A DNA stretch of 64,000 nt, taken from Phoronis australis (lineage: Eukaryota; Animalia; Phoronida). The stretch spans positions 191,853 through 255,852 of the forward strand of contig NMRA01000500.1 in assembly GCA_002633005.1 (NCBI GenBank), given 5' to 3'. The notes below the pieces were generated by a model, which saw only the letters and a list, made by a program, of their open reading frames with translations, had not been told where the DNA came from and searched no databases. Made by a program: the position numbers and the translations under genes. Below, in pieces: positions 35,410-48,400 of this stretch (positions within the stretch are counted from its first letter, which is position 1; every line of letters begins with the position of its first letter).

Positions 35410-36637
35410 CTGAAAGTTTTAGTGTCCAACCTTGCACATTTACCCAAGAACGAGTATTTTAAGACATATTTTTGTAAACATTTCCATGTGTGACACCCAT
35501 AGGGCACATTTTCAGCTGGGACTATGGATTATCTCCCATGTGAGATTTTACTGACGTTTGGGATTAGCACCATAACATCCAGACAATTCAATTATTGAAT
35601 TAACGTGCCATTACTCATGTCATTTCAAAACCCCAAGAATGTTCGTGTCTGGTCTGCCTACAGTTGATATTCACAGTGACGCGCTCAAGTCAGGTAAAGA
35701 TCTTCTTAGCAGTCCTTAGGTTACGGCACACCCATACCCTTTGTGCAAAAGTATGTGACTTTTAAATTCTGTCCATAAACATTATACTTTGTATCAACAT
35801 TGTATGGTGTGAAAATATAAACTGTGATTTTCTTAGTCATTTACAGTTTTTAAGTCATACTTTTGACCTGTTACCATTTTGTTAAGATTGTTATATTTTG
35901 TATTACCGTACGGTATACCTATACTACAAACCTATTACCGTACGGTATACCTATACTACAAACCTATTACCGTACGGTATACCTATACTACAAACCTATT
36001 ACCGTACGGTATACCTATACTACAAACCTATTACCGTACGGTATACCTATACTACAAACCTGAAATCGATCCTCAATGATCGAAAATAAGGGGAAGCTTT
36101 GTGAGATGGCTTAAAGCCATTCTGCAATTAGAATTTTGCCATTGTAATACAGATATCACAGTTATTTTTGGTGTTAACTGAATTAGTCCTTATGACGGGA
36201 AAACAGCATTTTGTTTGTTTACTTTTTTCTTGTACCATGTTGTTCCTTATTTTGATTTAAGTGTACTTCTAAATGTAATATTTATACTTTCCGGTTAGAA
36301 ATTATATACGGTTCAGACATTCAAGTGGTGTGCATAACAGATATGAGCGACTAAGCCTTGTTGTGATGACATAATATATGAACATTTTGTTAACATAGGT
36401 CACGGTACACTCGCACGATATCCCTGAGGAATCGGATTTGCAAGGTTAAACCTAACATTTATGCGAAAGAAATTGACAAAAACACATCTTATTTTCAAAG
36501 TGTCGCCCAAAATTGAGAAAATAGTCACAAGTTTATGGAAAATGTGATAACATTATGAGCATTTTTGTACACTTTTGGAAGTGATTGGATGGCTGGAAAA
36601 TTGCCCAAAGATGAGGATGAACATGGAAGGTTCCAAA
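35410..36637 (+). repeat. ~1.1-1.2 kb direct repeat, copy 1
   Basis: Highly similar to 37310-38410. Confidence 0.9.
35901..36060. repeat. Minisatellite, 5 perfect copies of a 32-bp unit
   Basis: Unit TATTACCGTACGGTATACCTATACTACAAACC. Confidence 0.95.
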
Positions 36638-37309
36638 ATAGCGGAGTTGCAATGCCGCCATATTGGAAATGGGTCAGAATGTTGCATTGTGGTTAAGCCG
36701 GTAAACAAGTACGTCGGCAAGCGTGGGGGCGAACCGGCCACAGGGAGGTTATACGTGTTGTGTGCCTGGCATGCAATAATACCAGTTAGCGAGATAAAAA
36801 ATTTAGTTACTACCTGTCTCCCAAGGATCAAGAACTGCGTTAAACATGGGTCAGAGACATTAGTAGAGATGGTAGCAAAGGACGACTTTGTGAATTCTTT
36901 CCGACTTGGTAGCATAAAATATGCAGCGCTCATTTTGAGGGCGGCAAGAAAACGTATCTTGGAAACTGCCCAACAATATCTCCCTTCAAAGAAACAGTAA
37001 CAAAATACTCTACGGCGGTTGGTAGTGAAAAAAAAACTTGTTTTCGCTTGACCAGAACCAAGCCAACATGAGCAATTTTGAGGATAATGCCTCTGCACAA
37101 TCACCTGTTCTGGGTCAACACACTTAACGTACGCTCACTATATGTATTTCGCGCTAGGATAAAGCGTGCAGAATATTATTATTTACTTTCTACAAAATTG
37201 TGGTGCATTGCTATCAAAATTCGTTGTTAAATTACGATCATTTTTCATAAAATTGTGTTGGAAGTCCCAGGGCGAAATCTTGCCGACAAATGCGTAGCTG
37301 CCGGTCTCN

Positions 37310-38410
37310 CTGAAAGTTTTAGTGTCCAACCTTGCACATTTACCCAAGAACGAGTATTTTAAGACATATTTTTGTAAACATTTCCATGTGTGACACCCAT
37401 AGGGCACATTTTCAGCTGGGACTATGGATTATCTCCCATGTGAGATTTTACTGACGTTTGGGATTAGCACCATAACATCCAGACAATTCAATTATTGAAT
37501 TAACGTGCCATTACTCATGTCATTTCAAAACCCCAAGAATGTTCATGTCTTGTCTGCCTACAGTTGATATTCACAGTGACGTGCTCAAGTCAGGTAAAGA
37601 TCTTAATAGTCCTTAGGTTACGGTACGCCCATACCCTTTGTGCAAAAGTATATGACTTTTAAATTCCGTCCATTAACATTATACTTTGTATCAACATTGT
37701 ATGGTGTGAAAACATAAACTGTGATTGTCTTAGTCATTTTAAGTTTTAAAGTCATACTTTTGACCTGTTACCATTCTGTTAAGATTGTTATATTTTGTAT
37801 TACCGTACGTACGGTGTGCCTATACTACAAACCTGAAATCGATCCTCAATGATCGAAAATGAAGGGGAAGCTTTGTGAGATGGCTTAAAGCCATTCTGCA
37901 ATTAGAATTTTGCCATTGTAATACAGATATCACAGTTATTTTTGGTGTTAACTGAATTAGTCCTCATGACGGGAAAACAGCATTTTGTTTGTTTACTTTT
38001 TTCTTGTACCATGTTGTTCCGTATTTTGATTTAAGTGTACTTCTAAATGTAATATTCATACTTTCCGGTTAGAAGTTATATACGGTTCAGACATTTAAGT
38101 GGTGCGCATAACAGATAGAGGGACTAAGCCTTGTTGTGATGACATAATATACGAACATTTTGTTAATATAGGTCACGGCACTCTCGCACGATATCCCTGA
38201 GGAATCGGATTTGCAAGCCTAAACCTAACATTTATGCGAAAAAAATTGACAAAAACACATCTCATTTTCAAACTGTCACCCAAAATTGAGAAAATAGTCA
38301 CAAGTTTATGGAAAATGTGATAACAGTATGAGCATTTTTGTACACTTTTGGAAGTGATAGGATGGCTGGAAAATTGCCCAAAGATGAGGATGAACATGGA
38401 AGGTTCCAAA
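37310..38410 (+). repeat. ~1.1 kb direct repeat, copy 2
   Basis: Begins just after a single N at 37308 and carries one variant copy of the 32-bp unit. Confidence 0.9.
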
Positions 38411-41400
38411 ATTCTATGTGTAATTTATCTGGAAAGCAGTATTGTTGCAGGTTGGAAATAAAGATGTTGTACTGGTAATCAAAGGTTTAATTTTCTTTTT
38501 TGTTATTTTCATAATTTGTCTTTAAAATTTAGAATTGCGTTAAGATTTTCATATTAATTTCACAAATCCTGTTTCATAATTTTTTGGTTGCCATACATGA
38601 ATGTTCTGCAGTTGCTCAGTCATTTGTAAGTTGTCCCCCTTGTCGTTGTTGTCAGTATTAGAACACGGGACACAACTCCCATTTCTAAAGTGTCTAAAAT
38701 AATATATGAAATCCTTACAAGTTTGTGATGTGACATAATATCCTATAGAAGTGAGATGTGTGCCAAAAGCACTCGAAGGCCATCGCTTATCAGAGCTTGT
38801 GCACACAGTCGGGTATATTGTGATCGTAATCGTATCTATAAATGTGGACTTAGATTGCCATGGGTCACTCTCTTATTGATCTGTGGAGCATAATTCTGAC
38901 AGAGGAGAAATCATAGGTGATGGAGACAAGTCAAGGAATTGATCTTGTGGAGGTTGAGCCTCTTCTAGGTCAGTACTCAAGTGAAAACTATCTCTGATGG
39001 AGTGACTCAGTGATCTGTGGTTGTGTGATGTAGGCCTAAGGCTTGGACTTGTGGGTGGTTATATACTAGCTAGGATCCAGGATTCTCATCATTGTTGTAG
39101 GATAGTTGTTTCTGTCATAAAACCTGCAAGTACTCAGAATAGACATGGGTCTCATTTTACAGTATCATTTGTTTCAGACATGACATGTTCAAGCAATCCA
39201 TATTGATAGACATGATTACCAGGATGCACTTGTCATTTTGTGCCAAACCTTTTGGCTTTATACTGCTCAAGGGACTCCTCATTCAAAATTTGGTAGTGCA
39301 AATTTTGTTTGTTGCTATTTACTGTGAATGTATTGTCCAAGTTGCTGATGTCACTGAATGCACCACTGACCATCAACTCATCAAGTCCCAGTGCATCACT
39401 GCCCCTTGTGGAGCCTCACTGTTAACCTATTGCTCAAGTCTGTGACCAGACTCTGCTGTGTATTTGACCTGTTTTCGTGGCTGTGTTCAGTCTAGTGTGC
39501 ACACTCAAACCCAACCACAAGAGCCTGGCCCAGACTGTCTCAGTGCAGTAGGGCTGATATTGTTTACTGACAACACTCTGTGTGAGCATTGAACTGCTAC
39601 ACCCATTCTATCTGGTGGATTCTCTTCCAGGCTTTTGCCTGATTGGTGTAAGTTAGTTGACTTCATTTTAGTTTGTGTTTTATAATCATAGACCAGCACC
39701 AGGCCACCAGGCCACCAGGGTAGTGTTCTGTCTGTTATAATTCAGTTCCTGAATGGTGTAACACACCTAGTAGTTATAGTATATTTAGTGTGTATATAGG
39801 GAACCAAGCTGTTCTTGATGTTGCCTTTAGTAGAAATACTGATCCCTGGGTTGTTATGTCAGAGTTGTATTTTGTATGCTGGTTACTGTTACATTGGTGT
39901 GTATCTACTGTGCAATGTAATCTGGTAACACTAGAAGATGATGGCCCAGTGAAAAGTCCTCTTTCATGGTTGTGTATTCTCTTACAACCCATTAGGCAAA
40001 CACCAATGACAGTGCATGTCTTGGAAAACAACCTGAATTAGTTGAAGTTTCTTATGTTATGATGTGTGTAGCTTGAACCATATTATGCTAGCCTGTGTGG
40101 ATATTTGTTTTGCATGATGTTGAATTGCAATTGCATCAAATCTCTCTCAAGCATTTCTCCTTCTTTTGATCTTTCCACGTATTTGTTGAGCAGCTCAGAA
40201 AAACTGAAGTGTTCAGACGCATTAATTCTATTAGATTACTTAGCAAGCTCGCCTGATTATTCGTCTACAGTAAAATCAATATCCTCTTTAGTTCTGATCA
40301 GTCCACTGATTATAGTTCTCTTCCAAATGCAAGAACGAAAGGTGAAGGAAAAGTTTTTTCCATTCTTAAATATTTTTGTTCCAGTTATAAGGGCGGCAAA
40401 AAACATTTGACCAACGTGACAAGGTAGTGTTGAGACTTGATTGCGTTCAATGTTTAATTTTTTTTGTTTACAAAAGCATTGATTTCATGTTTGCCTAATT
40501 GCCTAGGTCTGAAGTACATTTTCATGGATGGTTTCATTTTTGGTTTTTAAAAGCATTGGCAGTGTTTTAATTGACATTGACTAATGAAATTACAGCCAGA
40601 ATTTTAGGAGCAACGCTTCAAGAGCTCAATATTTTGGAACCAGTTGGTATTTAGTTCTTGTTTGAACTTACAAATTTTAGCTCATTTCATTTTCGCAATC
40701 CCTGCATTTGTATTAGACCACCATTTTATGGGATGGGAGCATTAGTATAGTATGTGGGTGTGTGTAAAAGCCTGTTTGTTGACACAATTATTTCCTTATA
40801 GCTAGGTATGTTTAACTGTTTACCACCAGACAGGTCAGTTGCTGGTACTTAAGGAGCTGGTTATTACAATCAGTTTGGAAATTTTCATTACTCCTAATTA
40901 TTCTTATCAGAGCCGGAATCTAATATTCACCTACTGTCAGTTTAAAAACAAATTTCATGTGAGGCTCTCAGGTTTTCATAAGTGTAATAATGCTAAAACT
41001 AGTACAAAGGTCAAACTTTATCTTATTTACAGATGTTATTGCGTTGTTGAGTGCTTCTAGCTTTTTTAGTTATCAACAACCTGCTTTTTCAAAAGTCACA
41101 CCTGGTTGTATTAAGAATGATTATTGGAATGTCATGGGAAATGTGATGCTGCGTTTTACAAGAATGAAACATTAGTATGAATTTGACCATGATTTGTATT
41201 TAATCTTAATGTCATCTTCCTATGATTCCTTCAGTAACATGTGTGCCAAAAAATCTCAAGTACTACCATGTTAGCTATTAACAGACCTACAACCTTTGGT
41301 CATACTCCCCCCTCCTAGTGTTAGCCAGTGGTCAGGAGTTACTTGATCTTGTAGTTACATAACGTATTAGGGTTTTCATACTGCTGGGTTCAGAATGTCT

Positions 41401-42427
41401 CATTTTGAAAGTCTGTTCATGGTGTTAAATGTTCTAGTCACTAATTTAGGAAACATGTATTGGACTTTCAACTCTTGTATGTATGTGTGAGAGGGAATGA
41501 AATTTTCACTCGCTTGTTTGAATTCATCTTTGTTGTATGCAAGCTGGGTTACCTGGGATGAATCTTTTGTCCACGGATATTTTGAGATAATGGAATTTTT
41601 GTGTGAATGCGGTAGTTTCTTCAATTTAGAACGCAATATGAAAGAATAGTGAAAAATCGTTGTATCAAAGTCTCAACAAAAGTAAACTGGAGGAAAACTT
41701 TATTTTGTTATTTATACAGTTTATACTGTGGAATCGTCATCAACAACAAACACACAATTAAATGGAGCATTCTTAACAACATATTTAGCTTTTGAAAGTT
41801 GGCCGTTATTTTTGCTCTTAATTAGTTTGAATAAATCCCTGTAATTTTGTGGCATGGGCGTCACAAAGAATTTAAAACAATCCTGTGCAGTCTCTATCTG
41901 CTGGAAATCCCAATACAAGAATGCAGGACTAGATTACCATGACAACACGTATTTCAGCGTGTCGCCCATGCCCCATGGTTATTGGCAGAGTGACTATTTC
42001 GTTCTTACTCTTTTTTAAGATGGTATCTATGGGCTCGTTGCTAATGGATCTATTTTTTAACATAGGTTATGTTTTATGACTGAATGCTGTCATTTCTAGA
42101 TTGACATGAGTGTATTGATTGTTTAAAACTCAACCGGGTGTTTCTGTTCGTTTGTGGATGTCCATATACAATACAAGCCAGAAGCATTCAGATGAAATGA
42201 ACTAGAATTCAAAATCATAACGGCCACGCGGAAGCCGAACTTATCGTCCGAATAGTCTTCCATTCTGATCGAGAATGAAGGGAGATTCACAGGAAAGTTA
42301 ATAACATAGTCAAGTCATATTGTAACTAGAATTTTGTTGCCCTAATAATTATTACCTCTCTTGATTATTACTTTTGTCTTATTCTGTATGTATAGTTTGT
42401 GTCATGCTATTATGGCTTATTTCAGCT

Positions 42428-45400
42428 ATGACAGATCTTGAACAGAAAACTCCACCTGAGCCCGCGACACCACCGGCCACCCCAGCTGACCCTGTTGACA
42501 TACAAACGCGACCTGACCCGGTCCCCGCTGCAGCCGCACGAATGGAGCGATCAGTTTCGCAAACTTCGGCCAACGAACGTAAGTATTCACTGGATTTTCA
42601 TCAGTGTTCGCATCAACTGAAAGACAGTTTTTTGCTAAAAGCATTAGCCATTTCTCAGTGACTTTTCTTTTTTTCTAACTTTTAATGCTCAGGTGCAGTA
42701 TTCAGGCCCCGTACAGGGTTGTTTCCCACAGTCTAATTGTGTGGGGTCATACTGCTTTGTCAGTGGTGTGGTCTTGGCTAGGTATCCAGAATACATTGTG
42801 CTGTGGTGTTATCTATTTTAGATTGAATTTTTTCCCCAATTGTTCCGGTATTTGAAGAGAATGGCTGGTATTTACTTTTTCAAGAGGGAGTGTAAACATA
42901 AGTGATATCGTCAACTGTTGTGATAACTAACTTTATTTCCATCCTGTCATGAAACTGTGCTGTTTATGGACGGTAGTCACACCTTTGTCATTTCATTGTT
43001 GACCTCCAGTTAAACTTTTGTTGACCAGGTATTGTGACATCATCAGTGATGTTATTAACTTCCCGAAATTGAAACCACGTCACAAACATTTTGAATTAGT
43101 TTCTAACATTCTATTTCTATGAAATTATTCGACTGAGCTATGTACTAGATCGTGGTTATGCAGTTTACTTTAACTTGGTATTTTAATTTTGACTGTTCAG
43201 GACCCAGAATGAAAGGTAGGTTGTGTTTGAAGTTTGAAAAATTATCACAAATCTTTGTTTGAATTTTTAAGGGTAACCCTAGGTGCTTGAAAATCTGTAC
43301 CCTAGATAGGTTTTCAACTCTCAGTTTCACAAATTAAGTGGTATTTTAAGTGAAGGGCTCACTTTCAACAAATCTTTTAGTTTGTGATAAAAAATCCAAC
43401 TATCTTTGAAGCAGTTTGGGATTGCTACTTGTAAAAAAGTGTAATCATAGCATCTACTATTATATAATTACAGAAAAAGTAGTTGCCAAAGTGTCCTTTT
43501 CCTAAAATCCAAATTTTTGGAATTTTTATTGCAATCTGTTTTTGTTACTTTTTGGGTTGATGGTATTACACAGTGTTACGGTTGTTTGTGTGACCAGGCC
43601 AGCATTGGGTAAATTTTGTGTAGAACAAGTTGAACCAATTTGACCACTGTGGACTCAAGTACTGATATCTACCAGTCAACCAGTACAGGATCTAACCAAT
43701 GCACTTAATACAGACATGTGCATTTCCAGGGCATCATGTCAGGATAACCCAAACAAATGGGAACCTGGTTTTAATTGATTGCTGGTTTTAGGTTAACATG
43801 TTTTCATATCTGGAAGGGAAATGGGTATTATTTTGGTTTGACCCAGTAGCACATTTTTGTACTGCATGCTTGGTGTCTCTTGTGAATGTAGAGTGTTAAG
43901 TGAGCATTTCCTTCCGTTCCTCTTGTGGCCCTAAGACAAAGCTCAGAATTATGATAAAATGTACTGAAGAAATTGTGATAGTCTCTAAATGTCCCTTGTC
44001 ATGATAGCTATTGGTTTTACCATCAAAAGAAACTAAAATTTTACCCGAAGCACCCAAATTTTTGGAAGGACTTATCTGTGCTATGGTGATGTTAAGAATG
44101 ATCTGCATTTGGGGTGTTGATCATTTTCTATCTTGGCATGGAAAGGTTATCAAAACATAGTTTGTGTGTTGATCTGGTTGTCAACTTAATATTTAGCTAG
44201 TGAGAAAGAAGGAAGTCTCTCTTTAATTGCACATCTTTCTAAAGTAAACAACTTAATATAAGGTTCGTTAAAATAAATACTTCTCTTCCTGTCTGTATTC
44301 ATAGATTTCATGCAGGTGTATTCAGTTTTTAGCTTCTAAGTGTTTTTTTTTTCAATTCTTTAGCGTATACTGTCATACGAGTATTGTATTCTGTCATGTC
44401 GATGCTCATTGCTCAATTTAGTACCCTCCCTCAATTTTGAGTGGCGTTTGTTAAATGTTTTGTGGAGTTTGTTAAGCGACCAACCGTGCTCATTTTAACA
44501 CCCTCTCCTGACATTTGAAAAAATGTTCCTCGGACATCCATGAGACCCCACATTTTTATGAGCCATTCCCATGCAAATTTTTTTAAGTTTTCGAAATGCC
44601 GCATTTTTGACATTTCTTCACTGAAACAAATACACAAGGTGAGTTACGAGTTTCACGATTAATCACCCTCGTTTGACCTAAAAGTGGAGTTTATTGGAAT
44701 TGCGGTATGCTATGGGCAACAGTCAGACTTTAAAAGGTCGCAAGAGTTTGTCCCAAACTTTTACCGTAAATATACTGCAAGGCAAGTCGCAGTTCAACAA
44801 CAAAATACGGATTGTCCGGGGTATGTTTGTACAACTACCGTTTTTTGCATTTAAGTGAGTGGTGTGTAAATGTGTAGTCAGATGGGCATATGTTTGACTT
44901 GTAGGCATTTGCACACTCGTGCTCAAATTAAACTATCCAAAAATTTTTGCACCATTTACATGGCAGAATATTGTACTTGATGATTGATAACAGTTGCTAA
45001 CCCATAGGTCTATTACAGGCATTGTTGTACTTTGTGTTCGCTTATCTCGGCAGATTTTGATAGGTTCAAGATTTTGATGCTTCATACTGCAACTTGTATT
45101 TGTTCTAATGTAGATTATTTTCAGTGTCAAGCCCAGAGTAATGTTTTTTTTCAGCCAATTCTTGATCATTTTGAAGATTTTATCCTGCAGTGATTGTTGA
45201 TCAAGGCTCATACGATTATCCATCACTGTGTCATCTAAGTTCAATGTAGTTTCTCTCAAGCTTACGTAGGACAAAAAAGTTCCCATATTCGGGTAACTTC
45301 AGAACATTACGTCTCAGAAGTGCCTGTTCAAGCCCATATGAAACTTCCATACTGTGATTTATGCTCTCTTCTCCGATATGCTTTGTATGAATTGTTTTTA

Positions 45401-48400
45401 AAATGCTCCACCTAAGCGTGGGGCCTTTACGATTTCCATGAAAAAAATCAAGAGTCGCATAAAACAAAGAAATAACGCAGAAAAGTTTGAGATTTCATCG
45501 TGAACATTTAAATCAAATGAAATTTGGTCATATAGGTGTTGATACCATACAGGTACCTTTCAAGAATGCGCTTTTCTTTTTTTTGCTGTTTACCAAAAGA
45601 CATGGTCATATGACTCAATTAATGACAGATTTTAAAAAATCAAATCAAGTTCTAGAGGCATTTCACTTTCAGAAAATATATATTAATTTTTTACAAAGTT
45701 AAAATCTGTAGTTTTGTAGATATTTGGCCTTAAGGTGTTCACTACTATATATCTTGAACATCAATCTTGGTCTATGGAATGATAGAGCAGTGGTACATTT
45801 CATTTTTTTCCTTTTCAGCCATCGACATCGCCGTTTACTTCCCAGATGGAAGTGACATAGTTCTTAATGTGGAGAACGGGAAAAACAAGACGGTGCAACA
45901 GCTTGTTGATTTGGTGGTGGCTGAAAAAGGGCTGCCTGCCCAGGCAAAGGAGGCCTTCGATCTCTGGTTCATATCAGCACATTTGGGTTTGTATTTTGCA
46001 CCTGGTTGGCAAAGCCTTTGTAAAGGTGTACGGTAAAAATCATTTATTTTAGGGCCCAATATGCCGGACAAGTGGAATATCGCGTTGTCAAATCTTTCAA
46101 ATATAAAGAAAAGTTTCTTTGTTTTAACATGCTTTATTTGGTACAACTGTAATTAATGAACAACTAGTTAATTTTTTTGGATTTGACACTGACCCTGCAG
46201 CGAGTCCTTCGAATGTAGAAAAATGGCAATTTTAACAATTACTTTTATCTCGAATTGACGATTTCATCCATAATGTTACTTCACAATTTTCAGTTGATAA
46301 AACATCATTTCATTTATCTTTGCCAATTGAGAATCAATCTGTGAGTTTACTTCTCATCCCTGATTGGTCCACCAAACCATGTGACGTGGTGTAAACAATT
46401 TTGCTTGCAAATGTCATACGGTAGTGGCTTTTGTTGATTTGAAAGCAAATTTTTTGAATATCATATAAACAGAGCAGACTTCATGGTTGATTAGATTTTC
46501 AAATCACGGAAGAACAAATTCATGTCTTTTCAGCTCTGCAGTTAAAAGCAAATCACATTCCATATAGGCTAGCCATGAAGTGGCCAGACCTGCTGAGCAA
46601 GTACCTGAAAACAAACGACGACATTGACATAGGTAATGTATAAGTTATCTGAAGAATTTCAATGCATGATTGTAGAAATCTGTTTGTTTCAATAACAAAA
46701 GACATTATTGGGTTGCATGTTTTAAATACTTACAATCTTATAAGTGAACATAATATATTTTTTATCTTAGCGATATCAAAGGTTTCGGAGTTTGGCGTTG
46801 ATGATCTTGTTAACCCATTATTGTTTTATCTGTTAGTGCAGATTCATGAACTGAAACCAAAACTATCTGAATATGCTATCCCCTTAACTCATGGTTAATT
46901 ATTGCGTTTCGCACACTTATCAGGCATCTATATAATTATTAATACTCTTAGCGAAATTCTGTAACGAATCACTAAAGCCAGGCTGATCACACCGCAATTG
47001 GAGAATTTTTACATAATTATTTATAAAATACAATCTTCAATTAATGGAGTGGCAGTGCCTCAACCCATTCTGCGTTCATTGCAGCTGCTGATGAACCCGT
47101 GCTGACCTTTATGAGAAATGTTTACTTTACACAAGAACAAGAAGAACAGGTAGAAATCAACTTTTTATTTTCCAAAGGTTCACAGAAATGTGGAGTTGGT
47201 GTCAGTAAAAAGAAAAGATTATGGCATCAGAAAAAAATTCCTTGGAAATTTGGTGTTTACCATCGAGAAACTTTATTTTCATAATTTGAATAAGTTTGAA
47301 CTTGGGATCGTCCAGGATTTGGAAAAGTAGCATTCTGTTGCACCAAATGTGTTGTCTTTAAGGCTGCTATTTGTTAGCAAACCTATGTGCTTTACCTTAG
47401 GCTGTTTCAATTTCTTTATGAAGAGGACAGAATCTTTGCTGCACTGTTATTAAATTGTTATGCTGAACTTATTATAAGGTCAAGCTAAAGTCGCAAATAA
47501 ACTTGATTCAATTTAGTTAGCAATGGTGAATCACACGAGTGAAACAATTAATGAATTTCATTTTGTTGCTGGCTGTAGCATAAAGAAACGCTAACCAGTA
47601 ACTTTCTATACTAAACGATCAAAACGAAGGGTTCCATCCCAAAACCTACGCAAAAACAATGTTTTACAAAGATCCTGCTGTGTTGGGCTTTGAGGCTAAG
47701 TTTCGGGTTGGAAAAATTGGGTACTTTACCATTAAAATGGAATTTGCTGGCAAATCATTCATCTCTGTGATTATTGGGGCAAACAAGTTAGAAATACTAC
47801 TTACAGTGATGATGTGAACATGAAGTGGCTTGAAAATTGCTAAATGTTTTCTGTGGTGAAAATGATTGTCGCAAATCACCGAACCATAACCAGATAGTAT
47901 CCTGACATGGTAATGATGAATAATTATAATACATGGTGTGGGCTATTTGACCCTGTGATAGTGCAATGGTCAGATATTTGCATGACTTTGTTGTTTTCTT
48001 TTCACAGTTACAAATTATCTGTGAATTCAACTGCGGCTATTTAATGTAGGATGCGTCAAATTAGCATTTCCATTTAGTTCCTGCTATTTGTTAGCATAGT
48101 TAGAAGCATGCAAATGCGTCTTTAAGTTGTTACAATTTTGTCAATCATGCAGGTGGTTGAATCTTTGCAGCACTGCAGCTGTTAAATAGATAAGTTCTAT
48201 AATTCAGCATTACTATATTCCCCTTTATGTATTGCAGCTGACTGATAATCAGATGATTGAGCTACTGTTTGCCGAAGCGAGGGCCAAGGTGGTGCAAGGA
48301 ATGTACCCCTTTGATCCGCCACAGTTCATAGAGATGGGAGGGTTTCTGGCACTGCTTGATCAAGGAGCGTACAATCCGGCCACACACAATCAGCATTTCT

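Noticed and set aside
35901-36060. 32-bp repeat array as a CRISPR
   Set aside because: Units are head-to-tail with no spacers, there are no cas genes, and the context is eukaryotic.
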